A stretch of DNA of 63,986 nt, counting the filler, from Octopus bimaculoides (taxonomy: Eukaryota), in NCBI RefSeq assembly GCF_001194135.2. It is 6 parts of 5 records of this genome, joined end to end, with 100 filler letters (N's around TTAATTAATTAA, not from the genome) between each part and the next. Parts side by side here need not be neighbours in the genome. Positions count along the whole stretch, not along the records: positions 1 to 16,215 come from NC_068985.1; positions 16,316 to 40,335 come from NC_068982.1; 4 more parts are not named here. One strand, written 5' to 3'. Positions 12,451-23,740 of the stretch are shown piece by piece. Below the pieces are notes generated by a model. That model was not told where the DNA came from, searched no databases, and saw only the letters and a list, made by a program, of their open reading frames with translations. How positions within the stretch are numbered: position 1 is the stretch's first letter; each line of letters opens with the position of its first letter. Position numbers and translations under genes: made by a program.

Positions 12451-12641
12451 ATACATACGTTCATAAATACACATGAAACTAAGAGAAAAGAGGAAAGACG
12501 GAAAAAGAGAGAGAGAAAAAGAAAGAGAGAGGGAGAAAGAGAGAAAGAAAGAGAGAGAGAAGGAGAGAGAGAGAGAGAGAGAGAGTGAGAGAGAAAGAGA
12601 CTGATGGAAAAAGAGAGGGAGAAAAAGAAAGAGAAAGAGAG

Positions 12642-12678
<37 letters not shown>

Positions 12679-12680
12679 AG
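12020..12680. repeat. Compound microsatellite block: (GTT/GTG/GTA)n, (CA)n, (TG)n, (GA)n
   Basis: Direct reading. Confidence 0.95.
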
Positions 12681-13129
12681 CAGGATATAGTCGGTACTTG
12701 TTCAATTGACAGTCTTAGGGAGAAACGGAAACGAATAAGAAATTATAGATATATATATATATACATACACATACATACAAACACACACACACATATACAC
12801 ACAAGCATCAGGCCTTAATTAATAATAGTAATGATAATGATTTAATATAGGTGCGTAGCTATATAATTTTGGAGAGATATATAATCGATTAGATCGGCCC
12901 CTAGTTATTTCACCCCTACACCAGTTGGATCAGATTTTGAACAACTAAAATCTAAATTTAAGGCAGCTACAAAAACAAAAATATCAATACCACATCAGAT
13001 GACCACGGAAAACTAACATAACTTATGTCCATATATGGGCAGTGCTTCTGATTTTGCAGCACATATTTAGACTTTGAATGAACAAATCTAACTTCAACAG
13101 GACAACGAAAGCTATATTTGCAACAAATA

Positions 13130-13270
13130 GGAGTAGGTAATTCGATGTCTGTTCCGACTAATTGCGTCCTGAGTTCAAATTTTATTGAAGTCAACTTTAT
13201 CTGTCATTCTTTCGGTCAAATACAGAACCCGTCCAAGGCAGTGAATAGATGGAATTCTTAGTGTTGGACG
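13130..13270 (-). mobile_element. SINE family B, old
   Basis: GAGTTCAAATTTTATTGAAGTCAACTTT body motif; orientation approximate. Confidence 0.4.
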
Positions 13271-13884
13271 AAATGTTTGGTGACATCTGTTCGTTTTTTT
13301 TTTTTTTATATATGTTCTGAGTCTTTGGGTGAGAGACTTAATCTCTACTACCTCCTGTTCTTTGCACATTTTTGTAAACATTCAGGTCTGATACTCGATT
13401 TGAGGAGAAATTCGTTCTACTAGTCTTGGAAATATTAAAGTGAAAAAAAAAAAAAAAAAAAAAAAAGGCTGGGCTTATTGGCACGGCTCTTCTCTCTGAC
13501 TAAACGTCAAAAAGTATCACCACTTGACTCACTTGCTACATTGACAAATATTCTTGGGGCAATACGGCAATACAGTTCACCTGTACTCAACATTTCAACT
13601 CAGTTTTTCTCATAGTTTTTCTCATAGGGCTGAGCTGTGAGAACGGAAAATCTGAAAATGTTTTAAAAAACTAAGATGGTTTCGGTATTTTCAAATTTTC
13701 AAACTCTATGACGAGCAAAGAAGAATTATATAGATGTGAATTCTACTTAGTCTTCTTATTATGGAAGAGTAGGTAATAAAATAAAGCATCAGTCAAGTAT
13801 TGGGGTTGATGTAATCGACTAGCACCACAAAACAAGAAAACAATTCATGCCTTATACCTGTAGTAGAAAGAATTGTGTAAGAGC

Positions 13885-14090
13885 GGGAAGGCGGCGAACT
13901 GGATCATCAGGCAAAAATATAAAAATGCATTGAGAGGTTTTTTACCTTCTGAGTTCTAATAACGCTGAGGCCCAACTTTATCTTTCATTCATCCTTTTGG
14001 TGTCAGTAAAGTATCAACAAAATGTTGGGCTCGGTGGTATAAACTAGTCAATAGCCTCCTTCAATGCTACTGACGTTGTGTCTAAATTAG
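13885..14090 (+). mobile_element. SINE family B, old
   Basis: GGCGGCGAACTGG head, TTCTGAGTTCTAAT, CTTTCATT. Confidence 0.6.
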
Positions 14091-14387
14091 AAGCATTTAA
14101 TAATCGTTGGGAGTAAAAACAATTTCTAATATTTTGGTGTAAGGGTAGAGGTATTCATTAGTTTGATGAATTGAAGTATGACTCACTGAATTGGCCCAGA
14201 CTCAACGAATGTCAGTAAATACAGGACTATGGCATATGCGTCTAACGTAGAAATATAATGGAAATAATGTGTATCTGGTACACTATATTAAAGAAAATAT
14301 GCGTAGTGTTACCTTATGGCCTTGTCATCTCTTTGGTAAGCGCTCTACTCCTACACTATATTTTCTGAAACAATATACTACAATACA

Positions 14388-14600
14388 AGGCAGCGAGCTG
14401 GCAGAATCGTTAGCACGCTCGACAAAATGCTTAGTGGCATTTCATCCGTCTTCACTTTCTGAGTTCAAATTCTGCCGAGGTTGACTTTGATTTTTAACCT
14501 TTCGAGGTCGATAAATAAGTATCAGTTGAGCACTTGGGTCGATATAATCGACTAATCCCCCTCCACTGAATTTGCTGGCCTTGTACCAAAATTTGAAACC
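14388..14600 (+). mobile_element. SINE family B (B2 tail)
   Basis: GGCAGCGAGCTGGCAGAATCG...CTGAGTTCAAATTCTGCCGAGGTTGACTTTG...GGTCGATAAATAAGTATCAG...CCCCTCC. Confidence 0.85.
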
Positions 14601-14954
14601 AATATACTGCAATATGGCCAACATTCGTTCTTTACATGCACAGGACTTGAAATCGCTCTATGTCCTCCCCAGTCTATTTACATGCTGGTATGGAAAGTGA
14701 TCAGCTGAAATACTCAGTTACTTGCTTAAGGACTTTACAAGCCTATCAGGGTTCATGTATTCGAAGTGTCCTGTCTTCTCCGGTGGCAGAAGCTGGATGA
14801 TGACGATGATTATGATGTTCACGACATGACGAAAACGAAAATAGCTGCTATTATTATTATCTCTTTATCATAAGTGTTGTTGATGCCTCCAAAAGACCCT
14901 ATTTTCACCTTCTTCATTTTCCATAGCCGAGCTATTTCGTATTTAAGAAGGTTG

Positions 14955-14987
<33 letters not shown>

Positions 14988-15799
14988 GCCTGTCTGTCTG
15001 TCTATCTATCTATCTATCTGTCTGTCTGTATATCTGTCTTTTCGCCTTCCTTCTTGACTATTCGTGGGTCAAAGGGGCATGCAACACCACCACCATCATT
15101 ATTATTATTATCCTTATTTTCTTCTTCCAACTTTGCTTTCATTTCTTACCGAGTCTCCTCAACATCTAGGGCAAAGAAACTCACTGTATACATTGGTAGG
15201 CCATTAAAATAAACACGACATTGTTCATTTACAAAGTCATGTGACAGAAAAGAAGGGAAGAAGGACAGAGGAAAAAAGAGAAAAAAGATAACAAAAAGAA
15301 AATAAGGAGGAAAAGGAAAGAAAATTCGCAGCGACAATGCTCTCCTCAAAATTTTAGGCCCCGTGCCTTTAGTAGAAAGGATCAGTATTACAAATTTCTT
15401 ATTCATGTAAAAACACATGGTGATTGAAACGACAAGAAGTCCGATAAGAAACCGCCATCTCCATAATCACTAACAATAACAATGACAACAACTACATCAT
15501 CACCATCAAAATTAACGAATCAACGCGAGAACCTGTAAATGGTTGATTAATGTGCTAGAATTAACAACCAAATGTCTCTCAAAGTACATCTTACCGATAT
15601 ACAAAGCAAATACACTGGATATCATCATCAGATGTACACTATTTCAGAGAAAAAAAGATGGAATAGTTACGGCTTGATTCCTTTTCGTAATAGCCAACTT
15701 AATCAGGATTGACCTGGGGTTAAATTACAACAAAGGTACTTAGAAATACCCCCCCCACCAGTCACTGTATTCATCATAGTGTACATCTAAGCATATAAC

Positions 15800-15925
15800 A
15801 CAGCCAGACTCCCAGAGTTTAAATGGGAAAAAACCATTACAATTTTAAAGCCTAACAAGTACCCAAAAGAAATAGCTTCACATAGACCTATCACTCTTTT
15901 ATGTACGCCGTAAAAATTGTTTTAA
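15800..15925 (+). pseudogene. Non-LTR retrotransposon RT domain 1-2 fragment
   Basis: KTITILKPNKYPKEIASHRPITLLCTP*KL resembles the conserved ILKPGK...SYRPISLL motif. Confidence 0.55.
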
Positions 15926-15954
15926 GATATACCCTTGATATTCAGAAACCCCTA

Positions 15955-16215
15955 CACTTTACTCATATACTCTTTTTCTCTTTTACTTGTTTCAGTCATT
16001 TGACTGTGGCCATGCTGGAGCACCGCCTTTTAGTCGAGCAAATCGACCCCCAGGACTTATTCTTTGTAAGCCTAGTACTTATTCTATCGGTCTCTTTTGC
16101 CGAACCGCTAAGTTAAGGGGACGTAAACACACCAGGATCGGTTGTCAAGCGATGTTGGGGAGGGAACAAACACAGACACACAAACATATACACACACACA
16201 CACACATATATATAC
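15955..16215 (-). mobile_element. SINE family A, 3' half, cut by spacer
   Basis: TTTCAGTCATTTGACTGTGGCCATGCTGGAGCACCGCC...CCGAACCGCTAAGTT. Confidence 0.9.
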
Positions 16216-16315
16216 NNNNNNNNNNNNNNNNNNNNNNNNNNNNNNNNNNNNNNNNNNNNTTAATTAATTAANNNNNNNNNNNNNNNNNNNNNNNNNNNNN
16301 NNNNNNNNNNNNNNN
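16216..16315. other. Assembly spacer N44-TTAATTAATTAA-N44; also at 40336-40435, 51952-52051, 56538-56637, 62744-62843
   Basis: Identical 12-mer at 16260, 40380, 51996, 56582, 62788, each flanked by N runs; it has stops in all six frames. Confidence 0.95.
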
Positions 16316-16362
<47 letters not shown>

Positions 16363-16386
16363 GTATCTATCTATCTATCTATCTAT

Positions 16387-16443
<57 letters not shown>

Positions 16444-17217
16444 ATATATAATGTACGGTTTTTATAGAATTATATAATTCTTCTGCAAGATTAGAATTGC
16501 AAAACTTAGTCTGTATGTGACGGAATCGATCTATATACAGGTTATATATAATATAAATATATTTTTCCTATTTATATTCATTCCCGATATTTTTAAGCTT
16601 CAGTATGCCCCAACTCCTGCCATATATCACAAAAATACTGATGCCATTCTGAAATTCAGAAGATTTTGTCTGGAGTTGAACTTTAGATATATTCAGAATT
16701 ACATTAGTAATTTTAGATCGCGTGTCTTTAACATAACATGTTTCAGCTGAATAAACCGTAGGTTTCGATGCTCCCATTATAATAGTTCAATTTACAATAA
16801 TTTACATTTTAATCAATAAATAATTATACAAAATGTTTTGATTTATGACAATATAATTGATGAATCAGGCTCCTAAATGATCGTCAGAGGATTAACTCTA
16901 TCATTTATAGAGTTTTCTGTTTAAATTTAAATTGAATATTGCATAACGACTGTGAAATAAGGTTTTATAAGAAATGCTTTAATTTTTTTTCTCTCTCTCT
17001 CACGCGCGCGCACACACACACACACACTGATATGTACATGTATGTATAGCTACATTAGTTATATATATATATGTATAACATATTAGGTGCAGGAGAGGCT
17101 GTGCGGTAACTAACTTGCTCATCAATCACATAGTCCCTGGTTATTTTATCTGTTTCAGATAAAAGAACATTTTTTGCCGATAAATATATTTTCAACAACC
17201 AATATAAAACAAAGAAA

Positions 17218-17435
17218 GGCGGTGAGCTGGCAGAAACGTTAGCAAGCCGGGCGAAATGATTAGCCCTATCTCGTCTGCCGCTACGTTCTGAGTTCAAATC
17301 CCGCTGAGGTCGACTTTGCCTTTCATCCTTTCGGGAGGGGGGGTATCGATTAACTAAGTACCAGTTACGCACTGGGGTCGATATAATCGAGTTAATCTAT
17401 TTGTCTGTCATTGTTTGCCCCCCTCTGTGTGTAGC

Positions 17436-17440
<5 letters not shown>
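17218..17440 (+). mobile_element. SINE family B (B1 tail)
   Basis: GGCGGTGAGCTGGCAGAAACG; GAGTTCAAATCCC B-box; GAGGTCGACTTTGCCTTTCATCCTTTCG central domain. Confidence 0.9.
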
Positions 17441-17479
<39 letters not shown>

Positions 17480-17513
17480 ATAACGAAATCAAAGAGAGGT
17501 TATCTCCACAACA

Positions 17514-17778
17514 GGCTTATGGCGTAGTGGTTAAGAGCGCGGGCTACTAACCCCAAGATTTCGAGTTCGATTCCAGGCAGTGACTGGAATAATAATAATA
17601 ATAATAACATCGAAAAATACTTTAGGAATGGGAACCCAGGTCCGAAATTTCCCGAAGACACCTGATGAAGGCTGGAGGGTATATCAGCCGAAACGTTGTG
17701 TGAACAAGAAACAAGATGGGGACAAATATCCGTCAAATGTAAATAATGTACATAATTCCTCATCTCTTAAAATAGAAC
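17514..17778 (+). mobile_element. tRNA-headed SINE (family C) with a hammerhead-like tail
   Basis: A-box TGGCGTAGTGG (17520), anticodon-like loop CTACTAA, B-box GAGTTCGATTCC, (AAT)n linker, then HHR fold; the head recurs at 32312. Confidence 0.8.
17658..17701 (+). ncRNA. Minimal type-I hammerhead ribozyme-like motif
   Basis: ACAC-CTGATGA-A-GGCTG(10 nt)CAGCC-GAA-ACGT-T-GTGT: stem I ACAC/GTGT, 5-bp stem II, palindromic stem III ACGT, UH site. Confidence 0.7.
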
Positions 17779-18804
17779 AGAGAAGTGTATGCCGAGAGGC
17801 AGCAAAAAAAGTATTTTAATGGTTATGGAGCCAGAGACAGATAACATGATGAATGTCAGGATGATGAGCAGTGACTTGACCACTACTGCTGACCGAACAA
17901 AGGAGAAGTTTTTTGTACGATTCATGATTGAAACAAGGCATAATCTTCGGTCACATCTCTTAGATGTAATCACTCTCATACTATTTCATGACGAAAAACT
18001 TTCAATAAAACAATAATTTTTTCCACTGAGAAAACAGGCAGAACTAAAAAATTTGTATCTGTTTCACCTAAATACTTTTGATATTTCAGAATCCAAAATT
18101 AGAGCCTGTAACATATTTGTTTCCTTTCATCATAATACGCAGTCCAACTATTTATAAAGAGATAATTTAAGAATGTACATACTTTCTACAATAAAACGAA
18201 TCCCTCTGAGAGTTCAGAATATTAATGGAAATAATCTATATATTATTCTTCGTTGTACAAATGTTGCAATAGCTTCGATGACGCACGCTGAAATTAGTTA
18301 TAATAATATATATTATTTGAAACTGAGGTCACAGTTAATTCCTTTGTATTCAGTAATTATATGAGATACATTCGATATTTGGTGATAATATATTGGCGAG
18401 GTATCTTCACAACACTCGTTCCGCAATTATAGATCTCTGACGTAATTTAGACAAAGATAATTTTGCATTAATCCTTTTATAACAGAAAAGTGTAGTATAG
18501 AATGGTAATTAAGATCAGACTTCCGTGTCTTCATAACTGATGTTAACAGCTACAGACTTAAAAGATTATGTTGATTGTACACCAACGTATGTTGAAAACA
18601 GGTTAGAGTAGAATGATGCGAACGAGATAATACTTAATGGTTAACAAATACATGAGGATTCGGTAATTTTAGATGATTGGAAATGACATGTGGTATTGGT
18701 ATATTTCAATTATTAATCAGCAATGATGTTTCTTACCAATAATAATAACAATAACAACGTCATCAGCAGTATAATACCATCAACAAGAAAAATCCTTTTA
18801 TTTT

Positions 18805-19005
18805 TCTATAGCCACAAGGCCTGAGATTTTGCTGGGAGTGGGCTAGCTATTACATCGACACCAGAGCTCAACTAGGACTTATTTCATCGACCCTGAAAGA
18901 ATGGAAGGCAAAGCCAGCGTCGGCAGAATTTGAACTCAGACCGTAAAGACGAACGAAATGGCGTAAATATTTTATCTGAGGAGATAATGATTCTGCTGGC
19001 TCCCC
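18805..19005 (-). mobile_element. SINE family B (B2 tail)
   Basis: CACAAGGCC...TTTCATCGACCC...GGCAAAG...AATTTGAACTCAG. Confidence 0.8.
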
Positions 19006-19124
19006 GACTTATATAATAATATAATAATGGGGACTCGATGTTCCCTTTGATATTTGTCTTATGTCAAATAAACGCAATGCATTTATCAAAAAATTCTTTA
19101 CCATTAGAGGATCTTTTATCCTTT

Positions 19125-19295
19125 ATCATCTTTTACTTGTTTCAGTCATTAGAATGCGACCCTGCTGGAGCACCGCCTTGAATGATCTTTCGTCGAATGA
19201 ATCGACCCTAACTACTTATCTTGCACAGTCTAGTACTTCTTCTATCGGTTTCTTTGGTCGAACAGCTAAGTCATGGGGACGTAAGCACAACAACA
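19125..19295 (-). mobile_element. SINE family A, 3' part
   Basis: TTGTTTCAGTCATT...GCTGGAGCACCGCC...GGGGACGTAAGCAC. Confidence 0.8.
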
Positions 19296-19299
19296 TCCT

Positions 19300-19600
19300 T
19301 TTCTACTCTAGGCACAGGGCCCGAAATGTTTGGGAAGGGGCCAGTCAATTAGGTGGACTCCAGTACGCAACTGGTACTTAATTTATTCACCTCGAAAGAA
19401 TGAAAGTCAATTTCGACCTCGGCAGAATTTGAACGAAGAACGTAAAGACAAGCGAAATACCGCTAAGGATAAATGGCAAAGTCGACCTCGTTGGGTTTGA
19501 ACTCAGAACGTTTCTGCCAGAACGTTTCTGACAGAAGGTTTCTGCCAGAAGGTTTCTGCCAGAACGTTTCTGCCAGAACGTTTCTGCCACCTCACCGCCT
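19300..19600 (-). mobile_element. SINE family B with an internal duplication and a 14-bp tandem array
   Basis: Body motif AAAGTC.A..TCGACCTCG occurs twice; (AGAACGTTTCTGCC)x6 at 19505-19588. Confidence 0.85.
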
Positions 19601-20229
19601 TGCATGTTGAACAAGTATTGCTCTATGGAAAGGTTTTTATTCGTCTTAGAGAACAGTACGTTCTCGACTGCAACATATTGTTTAATATTTACACGTACAA
19701 AAATTTATATAGCTGTTACGCTATTTCTTCTCTGACATATTTTAATGCAGTGATATGGAAAAGTAAAAATAACAAAAACAACGATGGAACAGAGATATAT
19801 GAGTAAATATGACTAAACTTTTCTATAGTAAATAATTCACATGAAAGGTTTCTTTGATATGCCTGATATATAAGCATGAGGACTAAATGTTAGTAGCTTA
19901 TTTGTATGGTGCTTTGAAAGTTTAGTTATTTTTCCCTCTCAAAGATATTAACGATTGAAGTTCATGCACCAAAAGCATTAGATTAAACATTTCTTTTATA
20001 AAAATAATTATTTAATGCTGGATTAAAATTTTTGTTTGATTTTACTTGGAGGGGAATGACTTTTTGCTGCTTTGACTTGCTATAAATTAACTGTAAAGAG
20101 AAGAATGTTTGAAATTTATAATTACTGCATCAGTTGCATTTATTTTGCATAAATTTGCATATATTTATTATTAGATTTTAGTATATGTATATATAAATTC
20201 ACCAATAATTTCGTATATTATTTTACTAA

Positions 20230-20554
20230 TATGTTTTCTGATCAATAAGTATCCGGACTGTTGTCATTATAACGAATCCAAGACACGCAGAGTAAAGCCA
20301 CTTAGCATACATCGACCTTGCACTGTGTTGTGCATACACTTTTACTCTTTTATTTGTTTCGGTCATTTTACTGCAGCTATACTGGGGCACCACATTTAGT
20401 TGAACAAATTGACCCCAAAAAATATTCGCTGCAAGCCTACAACTTAGTCTATCGGTTTCTTTTGCCGAACCGCTAAGTTACGGAGACGTAGACAAACAAT
20501 CATCAATTGTCAAACGATGGTGGAGGGACACACATAGACACAATCATATAATAC

Positions 20555-20601
<47 letters not shown>

Positions 20602-21606
20602 GATGAATTTCTTTCAGCTTCCGTCTACCAAATGCACTCACAAGGCTTTGGTCGGCCCAGAGCTATAGCACAAGTCACTTGCCCAAGGTGCCACGCAGTT
20701 GGACTGAACCCAGAACCGTGTGGTTGGTAACAAAGCTTCTTACCACAAAGCCACTGAGTACAAAGTTTTAACGTTCTTGCTCCCGCTGCTTACAGTAGTG
20801 GTTGGAAGAAAGACGTGTGGTCTTCGTATTGACCATGATACAGAAAGTTGAGCAGAGAATCTGCATCAGATTTGTCAAAAGCTTGGCGTTAACTGCTCAG
20901 ATGCTTCGCAAAGTTTTCAAGAAGTTTTAATCGTTCTCGACACAATTAAGGAGATCTTGCGCAACTGAACCCCGAGTGTCCTTTTGGTCAGCTGAAAGCA
21001 GTTTTGGCAGGAACTAGGTAGATACGCAACACATACCAAAATCGGCAGTGATAATGGACTGAACTGAACCGGAACGAATCTTCACATCTTCTGATAACTC
21101 ACAGATGGTGATTCGACGAATTCCCTTCACATCTGCATGCAAATCGTTTTTCTCAGTTTTGTCGATTGCGGGTCTCCCAGAACATTTATCAATATCGACA
21201 TTTTTTCGGCCATCTTGGAAACATTTGAGTCACTCATACACTTATGCGCGGCTTATACACACCACTCTATAAACTGTCTGCATCATTGCGTAGGTCTCTG
21301 AGCAGGTATCGCACGTGAGAACTTTCTCTCTCATGGTCAATGCGATGATCACACGCTACACATCTTCCATCCAGGCACTGTTGTACACAGCGGGAGTGAG
21401 CCTGAACGTTAAAACTTAGTGCGCATGCACTAAATATTAAGCGCAAGTGTGGCTGTATGGCAAGAAGTTTGCTTGTCAACAACATGGTTATAGGTTCAGT
21501 TCTATTGGGTAATATTAAGGACAATCTTTACGAAGCAGCTTGTCTCTTCGTGATTTAGCTTCGTTACAATAACAACAGTCCGGATACTTATTGATCAGAC
21601 CTCGTA
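20230..21606. mobile_element. Head-to-head mariner derivative (two 5' ends) of the 465-1277 family, with a SINE insertion
   Basis: Left arm (+): TIR, UTR, MIQKVEQRICIR to ~20913. Right arm (-): from TIR ...TTATTGATCAGACCTCGTA (21606) to VEND.NFLKT at ~20915. Confidence 0.85.
20337..20755 (-). mobile_element. SINE family A, full length, inserted in the mariner left arm
   Basis: Both halves and (TA)n centre; the mariner UTR resumes at AAAGTTTTAACGTTC. Confidence 0.9.
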
Positions 21607-21969
21607 TATTAATTCTTACATATGAGGTGTCGTTAGGACATATAGCAATTAAGCCTTTTATGAATTTAGCAGAAAAGTCTGATGTAAAGATGTTTGATGA
21701 CTTGGAAATTACCATCTAAACAGCGATTAAAAACAGTGTCATCACAATGTAGATCTGGACATTATTTATCTACCGGCGTAGTAACTGCTGAAAATGATGC
21801 TGCTTATCTAAGGACGAGTTAGATTATAAAATAACATTTATTTAAATTTAATACGTAATGTATATACAGTATGTTTTCGTACACATAATGATATATTTTA
21901 GCTAAGAATATTACTGTATATTCATTACTGGTCTGTCAACAAATAGGCCTTTACTTTGTTGATAAATAT

Positions 21970-22130
21970 TAAGCGCAAGTGTGGCTGTATGGCAAGAAGT
22001 TTGCTTGTCAACAACATGGTTATAGGTTCAGTCCTATTGGATAATATTGTGTGATATACCTTGTACTATTGCTTTATACCGACCAAAATCTTGTAAGTGG
22101 GTTTGGTAGATGGAAACTGAAAGAAGACCG

Positions 22131-22135
<5 letters not shown>
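21970..22135 (+). mobile_element. SINE family A, 5' half (source of the 86-bp copy at 21431)
   Basis: GTGGCTGTATGGCAAG...GGTTCAGTCC...GGTAGATGGAAACTGAAAGAAG. Confidence 0.8.
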
Positions 22136-22198
<63 letters not shown>

Positions 22199-22729
22199 TA
22201 TAATTATATGCATAATTATAATCAAGAGTCAGCCAATTTGTTCACCACGTACCGAATTAGAAATAGACTCTAATGTCTTTTCGACTACCATAAAGATCTC
22301 CGAGATAATTACACACTTTTTTATGTAGGCAAGAAGAAAATTGATGACTCCACACAATATATACATATGTGCGTGCATCTGTCTTTCTGTCTGTGTTTCC
22401 ACTCCGCATCGCTTGACATGCTGGTGTGCATACATCTTCGCAACTTAGCAGCTTACCCAAAAGAGAACGATAAAATAAGTATCAGGCTTCAAAAAACAAT
22501 AAGTACTAAGGTTGATTCATTCAACTAAAATTTCTCCAAGCTGCAGTCTGAGGCAAGTAAATCTCTTAGCTGTTACCAAATTACCCCTGCAACATTAGTA
22601 CTCATTCATATTTTTCTTACTGCATTTTTTCAGACAAATCTTTCAAAATAGATTCTAACATTATTTCTTTATAGTGTGCCTTTCTCACTCCTCTCCTAGT
22701 AATTACATTATTAATATTAATGAATGATC

Positions 22730-23090
22730 AAGGTGGCGAGCTGGCAGAAACGTTAGCTGGCCGCGCGAAATGCGTAGTGGTATTTTGTCTACCGCTATGT
22801 TCTGAGTTCAAATTCCGCTGAGGTTGACTTCGCCTTTCGTCCTTTTGGGGTCCATAAATTAAGTACCAGTTACGCATTGGGATCGTTTCAATCCTTTTGT
22901 CTGTCCTTATTTGTCCCCTCTATGTTTAGCACCTTGTGTGCAATAAAGAAATAAGAAACGTTAGCACGCCGGGCGAAATACTTAGCGGTAATTCAAATTT
23001 CAAATTCCGCCGAGGTCGACTTTGCCTTTCATCCTCTCAGTGTCGATTGACTTTCCCCTTCCCTAAAATTTCGTGCCTTGTGCCTAGAAT
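22730..23090 (+). mobile_element. Tandem SINE B pair (B1 then B2)
   Basis: Two successive GAAACGTTAGC...GAGGT.GACTT bodies with different tails, fused at AAGAAACGTT. Confidence 0.85.
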
Positions 23091-23740
23091 AGAAATGATC
23101 GATTTTTTAAAATATGTATTCACTATGATATCCACAAGTGCCTATTTCACTCTCTCTCTCTCTTTCTCTCTCTCCTTCACTCTCAGTCTTTATTTCATAT
23201 ACACACCTGAATCTTCTAGTACTTCATTGTTCTCAAAATATTTCGAACTGCGACTATTCCATTTTATGTGCCACCTCCCTGACACTTTCTTCTTTGAAGA
23301 ACTTTATTTCTATTCGTTCCAAAATGTCTCCGTTTAATATTCACCTACATAATCACTTTTCTTTTTTTTTCCATTTCACTTTATATTTCATTTTGTTTCA
23401 CGCTGTCTCTCTAAAATTTTGACTTGTGTAATTAAGCCCGCCCAAATTTCTATTCTTTCACCTACCTACCTACCTACCTACCTAACTACCTATCTAGCCG
23501 AGCTCACTATGTAGCAGCTACATTCTACCCCTTCCATTTTCTCCATATAGACGCGGCTTTCTCTGTCTGCAGTCCTAAATCATGATAAAGAGTTAGAATC
23601 AAATGAAATAAAATGCAAAACTTGTTTTTACAGAGCACAAAGGTTGTAAATACTGATTTAGAATAGATATATAAAACATTTACATACATACATGCATACA
23701 TACATACATACATACATACATACACACATCTATCTATCTA

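Noticed and set aside
13444-13466. Poly(A) run as the tail of a processed pseudogene
   Set aside because: No upstream ORF, no TSD, and ATTAAA is too close to the run.
17520-17580. tRNA gene
   Set aside because: No acceptor stem, weak anticodon stem; continues into a SINE body, and the head recurs at 32312.
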